Part shown: positions 12,831 to 25,488 of the stretch, piece by piece
How the letters are laid out: each line of letters begins with the position of its first letter
Numbering within the stretch: position 1 is the first letter of the stretch
Assembly: GCA_051294375.1 (NCBI GenBank)
Contig: CM119271.1
Location: 8,856,120-8,920,119 of the forward strand
From: Paraspadella gotoi
Taxonomy: Eukaryota; Animalia; Chaetognatha
Direction: 5' to 3'
DNA length: 64,000 nt
Program-made: the position numbers and the translations under genes
Notes under the pieces: generated by a model
Told to the model about the DNA's origin: nothing
The model's input: only the letters and a program-made list of their open reading frames with translations
Databases searched by the model: none

Positions 12831-14506
12831 CATCACGAGGGGGTTTTGAGGTAAAAATAATAGTAATTCGATTTAAAAAAGAAAAAAAAAATGGGAATAT
12901 CTACATTAATCTAAAAATCTAACCAAATCCGCATGTACTTGATTTCCTATTACGCACGTCGGTATGTGCAATCAAAACTAAGAAGCGCTCATCGGCTCTT
13001 TACTGTCGAGAAAACCAAGAACCAAAACCTGGTCTCCGCGTGACGCCTCCTCGCGTGTCGACCGTCAGGTACTACTGAGGGGAAACCTTGGTGCTTCACC
13101 TCGCGTCTCAACCGGAAGTGGCCGCGGGGGTTCTTGTCCGACGCCCCTTCGGAGCGTCGCAGCCTCTGCGACCCCGTGATGTGTAGCGGGTGGAAAGTAG
13201 AAGGAGCTGGCGAAAGGAACCCAAGTCCGTTGAAGGCGAGGTGTCGAGCCTTGCGACGCCGTCTCTGCTAAGATCACGAGTCCATAGTAGAGTCTGAGGC
13301 TGAGTGACATGTGGCCTCTCCGTGCCTCCTATTGCCCGCGAGGTCTCTGGTGGCAGGTCTCAGTGGGCGTCTCGTTGGCCCTTGATCTAGGAAAGTTGGT
13401 GACGTAAGGGCTGACATGAATGACGGAAGGAGTTTCATAGCCGTAAAGAAGCCGCTTTGGAGACGGGTCAAAGGGTAACTCTCTAACTGACTTGAAAAAG
13501 GGAAAGAAATGCATACAAAAAGAGTTATTAGAAAAAGCAGACAAATGTATAGAAAAGTCACGTTTGACAATGAAATGGAATAAAAATGAGCAATAATAAT
13601 GAGTAAAAATGAATAAAACAGCGCCATCTCTCATCAAATGTACAAACATAAACCATTAATACGTCAACTAAGTATCTATTCTCTTTTCTTTTTTGACCAA
13701 CAGTTAGTCGCATTAAACCGTTATACCTACTGGTTTACAGGGCGTACGGAACATATACGGTCACAATTTTTCTACTTAAATTCGGTTCCTTCCTTTTTTT
13801 ATCTCTTATCGCCTCTTTCGAAATTGGGGAGCACGGATCGTGACAGCGGAATAAGATATCGACGTTTTTTTTTTTTCCTCTCGCCTCTACGTTCATTTCG
13901 GCCCGTCAAAAAAAAACAAAAAAAAACTTTTGTTTGGATTTCGTTGTAAGAGAAATCGAATTCGTGATTAAAAGTCAAGATCGAATTCGTCAGCGAAGAG
14001 GAGTGCGATCATCCGCGTCTACCGATAGAGTGAAAAAGGATTTCGATTCAAGAGACTCGGCTATCAACGAATGGAGACGAAATGAAAACGTTAGTTGGTC
14101 AGTTGGTTAAGAACTGAGGAAAGGGGAGCGCATTTGCGGCTGGGGAAGAGTTTTGAATCTCAATCCGCAACCGAAACGAGCAGCAATAAATTTGTGGAAA
14201 AAAAGAAAAGGAGACAGATCGTCCGCAGCATAAAGAACCAATTGAGCGGCTTGCGGCAAAGTTATATTAACTTATTCGTATCCGTCAATGTTACCCAGGT
14301 ATCGCAAAGACATATTTGTAGCAATTGAACGAAACGATTGGAAGGAAAACCGGCGATGTGGTAATGTACCAAAATGTTGTGGCAGCTGACTCACCAATTT
14401 GCCGCGAAGTACTCAACAGGCGATCGCATTATTCTCATTGTTGCTTACGCGCTCTTTTGTCGATCCCAATGTTAGCCTCCAAGCGACTGAATAGAGACAG
14501 AGAGAC

Positions 14507-14553
<47 letters not shown>

Positions 14554-15584
14554 GAGCGATCCAGAATGGGGCGTTCCGCGGCGTAAACTTGGACTCGACA
14601 TCTGGACGTCGACGAGTCAACAAAAGAACAATCGATCCATTTGCGACTCATTTGCTCTCTCTCTCTCTCTCTCTCTCTCCTCTTCTCTCTCTCTCTCTCT
14701 CTCTGTCTTGTCTCCCTCTCTATCCCTCGCCGCTCTCTCTCTCGCCCGCCCATTCCACTACTTTTCCTTTTCTTTAATTCGGTGAGGCTCCTGTGAGAAC
14801 CGAACCGATCGGTGACTAACACTCACAATCTCACACGCAGTCATACAATACACACGCATTCACACACACACACACACACACTTCATATTGGCAAGTGTGT
14901 ACGTTTGATATATAATAGTGGAGCAGTATTGGAAGGCGAGGCCAGGCGAGAGAGAGAGAGAGAGAGAGAGAGGAAAGAGAGGAAGAGAGAGAGAAGAGAG
15001 AGAGAGAGCGGGGGGGTCTGTTTAGCCACGCCCAGAAGAGAAGTTTACCCGCNNNNNNNNNNNNNNNNNNNNNNNNNCCGCCTCAAGGGTTCGAAACCGA
15101 AATGGAATTTAAATTCACTATTGAAGGCGTCGATTTTGTCGCTTTTAAGCGAGAAAAAAGGAAAATGGTTGATCCTTTGTGACGTTTCTCGCTTATCGCT
15201 GTCGCCTGTTGGGCCTCTGCGGGGCCTGTTTAGCATGTGTTGGCTGTGTGGCCCCTTCGGCCTGTGTGGTCTGTGTGGCCTGTGTGGTCTGTGGAGGGAG
15301 ATCGGATACTGCGGCTATATTAGATTCAATTAGAGTAAATTTTAAAACAAATGTAGCAAGGTTTGATATATTTCACCTAACTATTAAATTTGTTTATTTT
15401 ATGGTCGTGAACTTTGTCTTCTTTTCTTTTCTTTCTTTTTTTACCATTTTTTTTCTTCTTTCTTTCTCTTCGCTGTTCTTTCTTCTCTTCTCTTTCTTTT
15501 TTTGTCTTAACTTTCTTTTTATTTTTCTATTTTATTTTCATTTTCATTGCAGAGACCCAAAACGTTCTTTAGATTAGCTAGATA

Positions 15585-15807
15585 CAGTGAGTCCCAATGA
15601 TACAGTCGGTTAACTTTTACATTTTGTTTTCTTAAAATCTTATTTCTGAGATAACAATTTCAAAGATAAGAGCCCCAGTTTTTTTTACTTTTTTAGTTTT
15701 TAATTTTGAAATGGTCCATACTTGCGCGCTTATTCATGATAATGAATTTAAGTTTTTCGATGGAGTAGTAAGCTTTTATTAACGGACAGTACCACTGGGA
15801 TACACTG
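15585..15807. mobile_element. Tc1/mariner-type MITE, 223 bp
   Basis: Imperfect ~28-bp TIRs: CAGTGAGTCCCAATGATACAGTCGGTTAA versus the reverse complement of the right end, CAGTGTATCCCAGTGGTACTGTCCGTTAA. Flanked by TA on both sides. Confidence 0.75.
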
Positions 15808-16107
15808 TATGTTAAAACTGATTTCATCAAATCAAAACCTTCGAGATACACAAAATTAACGAATCTACCAATCGTAATCGTCAGTCAAAGTCTTCAGCGT
15901 TAAACAGTTTCGGCTCAGCGGAACAGGTTCAAGTTAGCAGCTAGCGGTTAGCAGGTTAGCAAACTAGGTTAATTCAATTTAAAAACCCGTATTTTACCGG
16001 TTAAACCGGTTTAACGGGTCTTCTTTAAAGAAATACACAGCTCAACAACTCCGCGAGGCAGGAATTAAATGGATTTTTTATTCGTAATAATTTGATAAAT
16101 AAAAGTC

Positions 16108-19100
16108 ATGATGGCCGATCCGCCCGAGGCGATTCCATTGATGGTTCGCAAAAACGCGGAACACCGGTTACAAATAAATCCCAACAACGACAACGACAAT
16201 AAAAGCAACAACAACAACGAAGAGAACGACTCGGACGAGCCAGTCAATCCGAGAAGGAAAAACCCGGATGTGACGATCGCCGATTCGCGCGGAATTCTCG
16301 GCTGGTGGCGCGATCTGACGCTGACCGGCCGCGCCAGGCTCGTGTTTACCGTCGCCATGGTGATTTTCTTTTACTTCGACATCGTTACCGACAGCATCCT
16401 GGCGGTGGAGTATTACAACAACGTCGAAGGGCTTTACGACGGAAGATGCGTTATGTTCATAGATGCCAACGGATCTGTCGGGAAAGTTTACAAAAACGAG
16501 AGCTTGTTTCGAAAATTTGTGAACGAAACAAGCAAAATAAATGGATCCGTCGGGGAAATTTACAAAAACGAGAGCTTGTATCAAACATTGGTAAACGAGA
16601 CAAGCAAGATAAAGACTGAAGCACGCGAGCCTCTTCTCAACACGAACCTTTTCTTCGTTCTCACCGTCCTTTTCATGTTTTTGCCTCTCGTAGTGAGAGC
16701 GATAGAAATGAGCGCCAAGGAACTGTTGTGGCATTACGCCTTCCACGGATTTCGAACGGAACTCGATTGCGAACAGGATTTTCCGTGGAATTGGTTGAAC
16801 GTCGCCGTGAAGAATCCTTTCCTGGTAGTTGTGGTCCGTGTTGTTGTCTTCCTTCTGCTCCCGATTCTCATCCCGTTCACTTCGATCAGAAAATGTCTGA
16901 TCGAGTTTCAATTGATCAAAATCGAAGAGACGGCGAGGGGAGAGGACGAAGAAACCGAAGGTTCTTTCTTTCGTCGATTGATCAAACTCGTCTTGGATAG
17001 CGATCTCTTCACGTTGACCAGAACCGGAAGTCGCGTCAGGAAGTATCACGAGCTCATGATCCAGAACGTTCTCTGCGAAATCTACGAGGATGCCGATATT
17101 CCCAGTTCGCCGGAGATCAAACTCTCCGACGAGCTCTTGAAGATTTCGGAGAATCAATTCAGCGAAGCCTTTTTCGAGGACGCTCCGCAGTTCGTGACTC
17201 AGCTGGGTTGGACAATCCTGGACGGAAGCGAACTCAACTTTCTCCGCGGCGTTGTTACTTTGTCTTCGATGCTTGGCCTCTGCCTCAGAGTTTGGGATTA
17301 TTCCAAGGACGTTATTAAGAAAAATCCCATCCGTCGTGAGCCCAAGTTTCTCGGAAGCTTGATGCTGTTCCTGGTGCGATTTCCCGCTATTTTGTCCCGT
17401 CTCATGTTTCTGTCCGTCTTGTTCGGGAGCATAAGGGACGAATGGAGATACGTAGCGTTGGCCTGCATCGCCTGGCAAACGTTGTTCGGCGCCGGCTTCG
17501 AAGTTTGGCACTTGGTAAAGAGGTCGCGTCGTAAGAAAGATAAGAAAAATAGCGCGGCGGCATCCAGCGGCGCAGCCCATAACTTACTCAAATTCGTCAC
17601 CGTCACATTCAAAATCATTCAGCGCGGCTTGATTTCCAACGTTGCATTTTTGGAATACAGAATCGACGCTTTTGACGAGAGACGACGAGTTTGGTTGGAC
17701 GAAGGCAGCACCGAGAAACTCAGACGAGATCCAAAGTATCGAATTCTCGATCAAATATTAAACTACGTCAATGTGTTCGTGATTCAAACGGGCGTCATCG
17801 TCCCGTTTTATTTCAGCGAGGATCGATCTTGCATCTTCGACGTCAACGTTCGCATGGGAGGAACCGATTACCGTTTCGATCTCATTCTTGGCCTCGTCGT
17901 CGGCCTGCCTCTTGTCTCGATCGCGCTGCAGATATTCGCCGCCAAATTCGGCAACCACCCGCGATTCTCTCATTTCGGCGCGAAAGCCATTCAAGGTCTC
18001 CGCTATTATCTCTCCGACAAAATGAGAAAGGGAGATTTCGACAACGTGTGCGGCGTCGTCTTTAGACTTGACGACGATGAGAAACTCAAGTTGAGGAGGT
18101 CGAAGCTGCATGGACGGACCTTCGAGTCGCTCGTCCGGGAGAGTCAGTTGCGTCAAGTAGAAAAAGATCTCGTTCTCGCTTCCTTTAAGAAGAAGACCAT
18201 CGAGGACTTTTTGGAAGAGATAATCAACGCCGTGCAGTTGGTCGACGAGTCGCTGCGTCCGCGTCTCCTCGTCGATCTCTCATATTTTTGGGATGAAACT
18301 TTTTTCGTTCAAGAAGATGGAACTCGGCGATCTTTGTTGCACCTTTGTTCGAGCTCTTTTGGCATGAGGGTAATGTCGAAACTCGGGATTCCATTCCTGC
18401 TCTCGGATTCTCCTGAGGTATATATTATATGCTTAGTCTAAAATTATAATTATTGTTGACTTGGCTTAGTTTTAAATTAAAATGTTTTTGGAATATTTTA
18501 TACTTGGAAAATTTTTAAACATTTCTCCCCCTCTAGTTATTATCTAAATGTATCTTATTTAATGTAAAAAATTATGTGAAAAAATTATTATTTTTTTTAA
18601 AAACGTTTTTATCAATCAATACAAAGTTTTACCTGATATATTTTGTATTAGGTAAAAAATTTAAATACTAATTTCAGAAAATTAGAAATCAATCTTTAAA
18701 AATGACAAAAAAATATTATACACATTTTTAAACAATTTCTTGCCTTATATAATTATAGTTCTTTCCGATAGATACATTTTTAAAATTACTGCCCTCAGGT
18801 TTTCAATCTTTTTTACCTTTTTAATTGTGCTTTTTGTTGAACTTTACAATTTTACGTTCAGGAATTTAGAGATGTGAACGCAGCCTTCTTTCATGATGAC
18901 AACATTTGGTTGTGGACTGACAATGACATCGTTACTTATGACCAAGTAGGTCGCCAGTTCACCGATCACAACACTACCGGTGAAAGTCCCTGGGAAAATC
19001 TTTATCCGGCTCACGGCGTCATCGGAAAATCTCTTTTCGTTTTTGAGAAAAACGGAGGGACTTATGAACTAAATCTAGAGACGCTGTATTGGACGAGGAT

Positions 19101-19776
19101 TCAGTTCGAGGGTGCCTCACCATCTCCAAGACGACATCACGCCGGTTGGGTTTGGAAAGGAGCCGTTTACTTCTTTGGCGGATACGGCGAAAAGTGGCAA
19201 GGATACATTGAAACAAATGGCGAACACGACGGAATTCGGAACAATCAAATAGTTCGATTGGACGTCGAGCGGCGCCGATGGGAGTCGGTGCAAACAAAAG
19301 GGCAACGTCCGTCACCCCGGGAGAGCATGGGACATTGTGCCACGGCAGAGGGCGATTTCTTTATATACGGAGGCATGCTCAATGAAGATAGGGTTTGCAG
19401 CGACGAGCTCTTCCGCTTCAACACGCCTTCCTCGACTTGGAGCCAGATCGAGTTGAAAGGACAAATACCTCGGAAGATGCAAGGGTGCGTATTGGTCGTC
19501 GTGGACGCGTCCAAACTCCTACTGTGCGGCGGGAGTGATTACGAAGGAAACTGTTATCTCATCTACGTGGAATCTGGAGAATCGCAGAAGGTTTTGACTC
19601 TTCCTTCTTTGGGCGACGAAGGGTCCAGGGGACTCTGCTGGTTCCATGGCGTCGTCGATGATCGATCGAACAAAGCGTATCTGTTCGCAGGGAGGACGAA
19701 TATTGGTAATTCTCGTTACGTCGTCGAAATGTCGCTTGAGCACTTGGTGACCAAATCAAGGATATCGTCAGAATAA
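16108..19776 (+). CDS. XK-related (Xkr-like) multi-pass membrane protein fused to a SOCS/BC-box-like motif and a C-terminal Kelch beta-propeller; exons 16108-18417 and 18862-19776, ~1074 aa
   Basis: XK motifs FDIVTDSILAVEYY and EAFFEDAPQFVTQL, plus several hydrophobic helices. A phase-0 intron GAG|GTATAT(18418)...TTCAG(18861)| joins in frame to Kelch repeats (SPRRHHAGWVWKGAVYFFGGYG, PSPRESMGHCATAEGDFFIYGG, LLLCGG, YLFAG). AATAAA overlaps the stop codon. Confidence 0.8.
16468..16611 (+). repeat. In-frame 72-bp (24-aa) tandem duplication in the first loop of the XK domain
   Basis: NGSVGKVYKNESLFRKFVNETSKI / NGSVGEIYKNESLYQTLVNETSKI. Confidence 0.95.
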
Positions 19777-22120
19777 AAACTGACTTCATTTTACTGCAAC
19801 TGCAAACCTCAGGAATTGAAAGAAGCGCTATTTTTGAAAATATTGTTTTGATTTGATCAAGGTTTTGAATGATGATCCAGGGCAGAAATTAGAATCTTGG
19901 AATAATAAATATTATTGATACAAAATTCTTGCCTTTAATATGAGCTCTGTTAATGTGCACTGTGGCTGGGCCTTTAGTCATGTCGATAATATTTTTTTAT
20001 AAGCAGTTACGTGTTTGAGGTTACGAAATTAAATGATTTTAGCTTCACAAGTTTTTACTTCAAATATTTCCTGTATCGCGCACAATGGTAATGATCCCGC
20101 TACTAGACGGGATTCCATACAATAGAATAGGGAAATGTGGAGTTTATATCGCAGATTGTAATTATCAACTTGAACAGCTAATTCCGAGATATACGTATAT
20201 ACTGAAAGATCAAAATCTCTATTGTTTCAGCAATTTAATTAAATCTGTCAACTTCGTTTTGGAAAAAGAAGTAGTTAGACCTTCAAGTAAATTCAGGAGA
20301 TTACACAAGTATATACATCATTGTGAAAGTTATTTTTTATTAATAGTTTTTGAGAGAAATAAAGATTTTAAATAAATTAGCATCAAAGCAATATGCAAAT
20401 AGGTTTTTAAAACACGAATTTTAAAGAACCGATAGAAACTGTTTCTCATTTTTATTATTTTCTTCTCATTTTTTTTTCAGACTATTTCTTTCTTTCTTTC
20501 TTTCTCTTTTTCTTTCTAACTCTCTTTTTTTTTTCTTTCTTTCTTTCTTTCTTTTTTCTTTCTTTCTTCTTTCTTTCTTTCTTTTCTTTCTTTTCTTTTC
20601 TAACTTCTCTTCTTTCTAACCTTCTTTTTGTTCTTTTTTCTTTTTCTTTCTTTCTTTCTTTCTTTCTTTTCTTTCTTTCTTTCTTTCTTTCTATCTATAA
20701 TTATTTCTTTGTTTCCCGCCATTTTTCTAAAAATCTCTTCGAATCCGCATTTCGCCTCATTTCCCGTTCACCCGCGAAAAGTAATTTCGTAAATCTTCGC
20801 CGTCATCATTGTCGTCGTCGTTGTCGTCGTCGTTGTCGCGCTCCTTTGAAAAATTACATTTTTTATTTCGCTTTGAATTTTACGAAGGAAGCCGATTTTT
20901 TTTTCTTTGAACGCGGGATCGGGAGGGTCTGATGTATGAGACTATTTTTCCAAGGTTCTCGTGGACCCACAGTAAAGGCGGCCATTGAACAATGAACACA
21001 TTGAACCCATAAACACATTGAGAGCGTTTTAAAACATGTGAATAAATTATAGCTTATTGAACTAGGATCACAAGAAAGTGCGTTTTAATATAAAATGGGG
21101 TTTTTGTTAATTTTTAATACTGGTTTTTTGGGTTTTTTTTTGGTTTTTTTTTATTTTTTTTTGCGGTCATAATTTCCCCATTCCTGGTATTTGTCATTTG
21201 TAGACGAGTTATGTCATCAGTCTTATAAAATATATTCTTCGTCGTTATCGTCATCGTTTCATCATCGTCGCATTCGTCGTCGTCGTTTTCGCTTTCGATT
21301 CATTATTCACGTCATTTTTCCGACGGGTGAACGATCGTCGGTGTAAAGCGTTGAGAAGCGAACTTATCTCAATCGATCAAAATCGGGGGAAAAGAAGAGA
21401 GACGAGGCTCGTCCGACGGGGGGCCACCCTTTTCTCCCAGGCCCGGACTGCGGGGGGGGGGCTGTGCGGGAGCTGGAGAGTGGCGAAAGGTATGATAAGG
21501 AGTGGAGAAAGGTAGTTCGGAAGAATTCGCCTGGGAGTGGCAAGCTACCCTGGGCTGATAAATGGTAGTAGGGATCGAGGATAACTTGGCAGATGATGGG
21601 CTTTGGAGTGGTGGGCGAGAAAGCTTAATTTAGAGAAGGCCTGGGAGTGTTGAATCGGTGCGGCTACTTATATCCACCTCGAGGTCAAATATTGTTAAGG
21701 ACTTGACAAACCTTCGCCCGAGCCACAACTATCGATTATATGATGCGGCTTGAGAGCTTGATAAATGTCCCGAAAGGAATTTTGGAATCGACCTGGGCAA
21801 ATTAAGTTTTCCCCCACCCCCACAAGCCCCAATAAAGTTTTACTTGGGCAGGTTTTTTTTTTGGAATTTTATTTGCTCAATATACGTATGTACGTTTTAT
21901 AAACTTTAAAAAAAAGTTATTTGATATCACCGTTGTGAATTTTTATTTATTTTATTTTCTCTCTGTTTTTCAATCAAAAATTCCTTTTCCATATCCAACT
22001 CAAACATTGAACTTGTTGAGAGGGTGATTAAAGAATATAATCCACTACTTTGACAGCTTCGAAAATCAGTATCACTCACTTTTTTTTTTCAAAACTCATT
22101 TCCTATCGCTCTCCTGCTCT

Positions 22121-22207
<87 letters not shown>

Positions 22208-22721
22208 AAAAAAAAAGAGGAAAATTGGATTGACAAACCTGACAGTTGAGTGATTGATAGAAGCCGTGTAACTGACAGCTGACTACATGCCACCAAATCA
22301 TTTCTTCGCTCCGAGATCAAAACCGAAAAAACGCCCACCGGGGAAACCGGGCTTGGCCCCGATCGAGCCGAGGGAAAATGCTCGCCGGGGAAGGAGGGCC
22401 TGGGATAGAAAAAAAAGCTTTTTTTTTCCTGAAATATGATAACGATGATAGTATTTAGTCATTTTTTTAGATCCTGGATAAAAGGCGTTCCTACCGCTTG
22501 AGTTTTTTTTTTCGAATTTAAATTTCAATGATATAATAACTCTGAAATTTTATAGGCTATTATGATTAAAAACAGACAAAAAAAGTAGAAACATTTTAGG
22601 ATATGAAATTGGTACACCCAATATAAAAATTATTATATAAAAATTATTATATTAGCCAACCCCCCCTCCACCCAAAAAAATCCGACGCAATCATTATACA
22701 TGTCACATGTCCGATACAATA

Positions 22722-23443
22722 CACGGATTTCAAATGGGAGTGAATGAAAGGATCAAATACTATGGCCAAATTATTTGTTATAGCAACTTCAGATTTTGCG
22801 TTCTGGTAAAAAATCGCTGACGTTTTTATTTCCAACTCCTAATGCTCCAGCTTTCTTACTTTCTTAGTTATAAGCTCATCCATGGCATGGTCGAATTTCA
22901 AAAAAGGAAATTTTTAACCTTCCGGTTATAAGATATATTTTTATGAAAATAAAGAAATGATAAAAAATTCGTTTATTTTACTGATATAGACATTAGAGTA
23001 TGCGCCTAAGCAATCAGAATGTCAAACACTATTTACAGCCACAATGACAGCCATTTTAATTTTATAGTTTTTCTAGTTAAAACTTATAAAAAATAAAAAT
23101 TTTAGCTTAAAAAAAAAGAAAAAATAAATAATGATATGGCAAGAGCCTGTTGCTAACTAAACCTGAAATATATTAACAATAATTTTTTGTATGCTCCCAA
23201 AAAATTATACTAACTAATGAATGTAAAATAAACTAAAATATTTGCTCAATTTTTTTCACAGTTAAAATTGAATTGTCAAATAAGAGGGGAAAATGTTGCA
23301 AAAAAGCTGCTGGAGGCAAGTGCACCAGTGTATATGTAAAGTATTATAAATTTTCCAACTAATGAGATGATAAATATCAATCATATTGAGTCGGTTTAGA
23401 GTAATAACAAATCTTTTCATTTCACTTCCGTTTGAAATCCGTG
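22722..23443. mobile_element. Non-autonomous DNA transposon (MITE), 722 bp, TA target site, Tc1/mariner-like
   Basis: ~33-bp imperfect TIRs: CACGGATTTCAAATGGGAGTGAATGAAAGGAT versus the reverse complement of the right end, CACGGATTTCAAACGGAAGTGAAATGAAAAGAT. TA on both flanks; AT-rich non-coding interior. Confidence 0.8.
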
Positions 23444-25420
23444 TAGTTTGAATGGTTAACCTGCTGTTTACTTCAGCTGTTTTAACGAATTAAACGTCAA
23501 AAAATAAACCGAATACTTTTTTCAATCCTGGAGGCCGGAACGGGTGGTCCGATATTTTATCTTCATTCATCATAATTACCATTGAATGTGACGTCGGGCC
23601 GAGATGTTTTGTTGGAATTTGTAATTCGTTTTTTTTCAATATAGCATTGAGTGTATATTTGTCCCTTTTTTTTCTGACCTCACACGTCCAAATGGTTTAC
23701 CACTTTTCCGAGATGAGTGATCATTTGATTTAGAAAAAAAAAAAATTCTGAACCTCTTTGTCCTTGTCATGATAAGAAAATAAAATAAAATACAGAGCTA
23801 CAGTAAGTATTAGTATATTATTGAACTCAGGGCACAGTCTCTCAACATGTGAGGTTCCCTAATGTTCTTTGATCGATCGCTGTGTCTCTTTTTCCATCAG
23901 TCGATATTTTTCAATTTTCTGGTTTCCGTTTGCGACGTCGACGCGTTAATCATGATCGAGAATGTTCGAGAATGTTCGAGAATGTTACGATCAATCTATC
24001 TTTCAACGATGTCGAAATGACCCATGAAATTTGAACTTTATCATGATATAAAAGATTTAGTCTTATCACGAGTTCTACTTACACTAAACTTAAATCGTAC
24101 ATGCAGGGAAAAAGCGTGAGACAAAGATAGAGAGATGTTGAAAGCGTGACTCCGAGAGGAGAGAGATAAAAATGACATTTTCGCTAAATTCATAAAGATA
24201 AAGAAACAATTAATCGTAAGCATAAACCTTTGATTAAAAACCTTAATCAACTTAACATATCTCCTAGATATACAAAAGCCTGGAAATTTAAAACATTTAC
24301 CAGATTAATAAGGACGTCTTTCAATTTAAATTCGCTCAAGTCGAGCAAAAAGTCAAAAGTCAAGAACGGATATTCGCCGCGCGGTTTGCCGTAAATTTTA
24401 AAAACTTTTTTGAAAGTATCGCGGATCGATACCATAAATTTTGATGTCGTCGGAGAAACGACGACCAACGCGTATGACAGACATGGGAATTTACGAGTTG
24501 CTGACATGGAGGTTTTTGGGCGAGGTCGAACGTTGAAGGGAGCTTACCCGGCTTGCTAAAACGTGCTTTTAAAGTTGAAAAAGTTTCGCATTGTAATCTT
24601 TGTTACTAGAAAAAAAAAACATCCTTGAAGACACTTATTATACTATTAGGAACTAAACAAAACATTCACTGCAATATGCAAATGATATTTACTGATCAAC
24701 TTCCTTTAAACAGATATTTCGACAAGACGAAAAACTAAACCGACGTTCATAACTTGTGACAAAACTTATGACATAACGTATGACATAAGTCAGAAAAACA
24801 TCCGCTTCTCGCGGGCACCGCCCGTCATTTACCATCCAAGTTTACATTAACCTCACAGGCGCATATCATTCTTCCCCATCGCGATTGTTTACAGATTATA
24901 TCCGACCACATTTTTTAACATTTTTTTTTAAATTTTTGCCCCAGTTCGTTTTGTATATAATATTGATTATAAGGGATCGTCAGTTGGCGCGCGTAGCGGC
25001 GATCGATCGAATAGTCAAAGAGAGAGAGAGAAATAGCGAACACAGATATGATGGAAGAGAGAGAGAGAGAGAAAAGAGAGAGAGAGAGAACACACTTCCC
25101 CGGGGTCGTTATCTCTGACCGCATCGGTCGACCATCGATCACGTCCGACAGAAACCCCCGGACCCATTAACCGACTTCGACAATGACGACGAGTCTCCGG
25201 ACGACGTTTCGACGTCCGAATCCGACCAACGGCGTCGCTTCTTTCGCTCTTTTCGACCAATCACAGCGTAAGAAATAACAAGAATGGCGCTTTTTCGCGT
25301 TATATCCAGATTTGGCACTCTCTCTCTCTCTCTCTCTCTCGCTCTCTCGACAATCTTTTTTTTTTTCTTCCTCAATCGTCCGTAGCGTGATTAAGATCGA
25401 TCTTTATTATGTTTTGGGAG

Positions 25421-25488
<68 letters not shown>

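Noticed and set aside
12830-14470. Possible 5' LTR and PBS of the BEL element
   Set aside because: No second LTR copy and no convincing tRNA-complementary PBS found by eye.
16168-17580. 470-aa antisense ORF over the XK exon
   Set aside because: Shadow ORF on the reverse strand of a codon-biased exon; no recognisable motifs.
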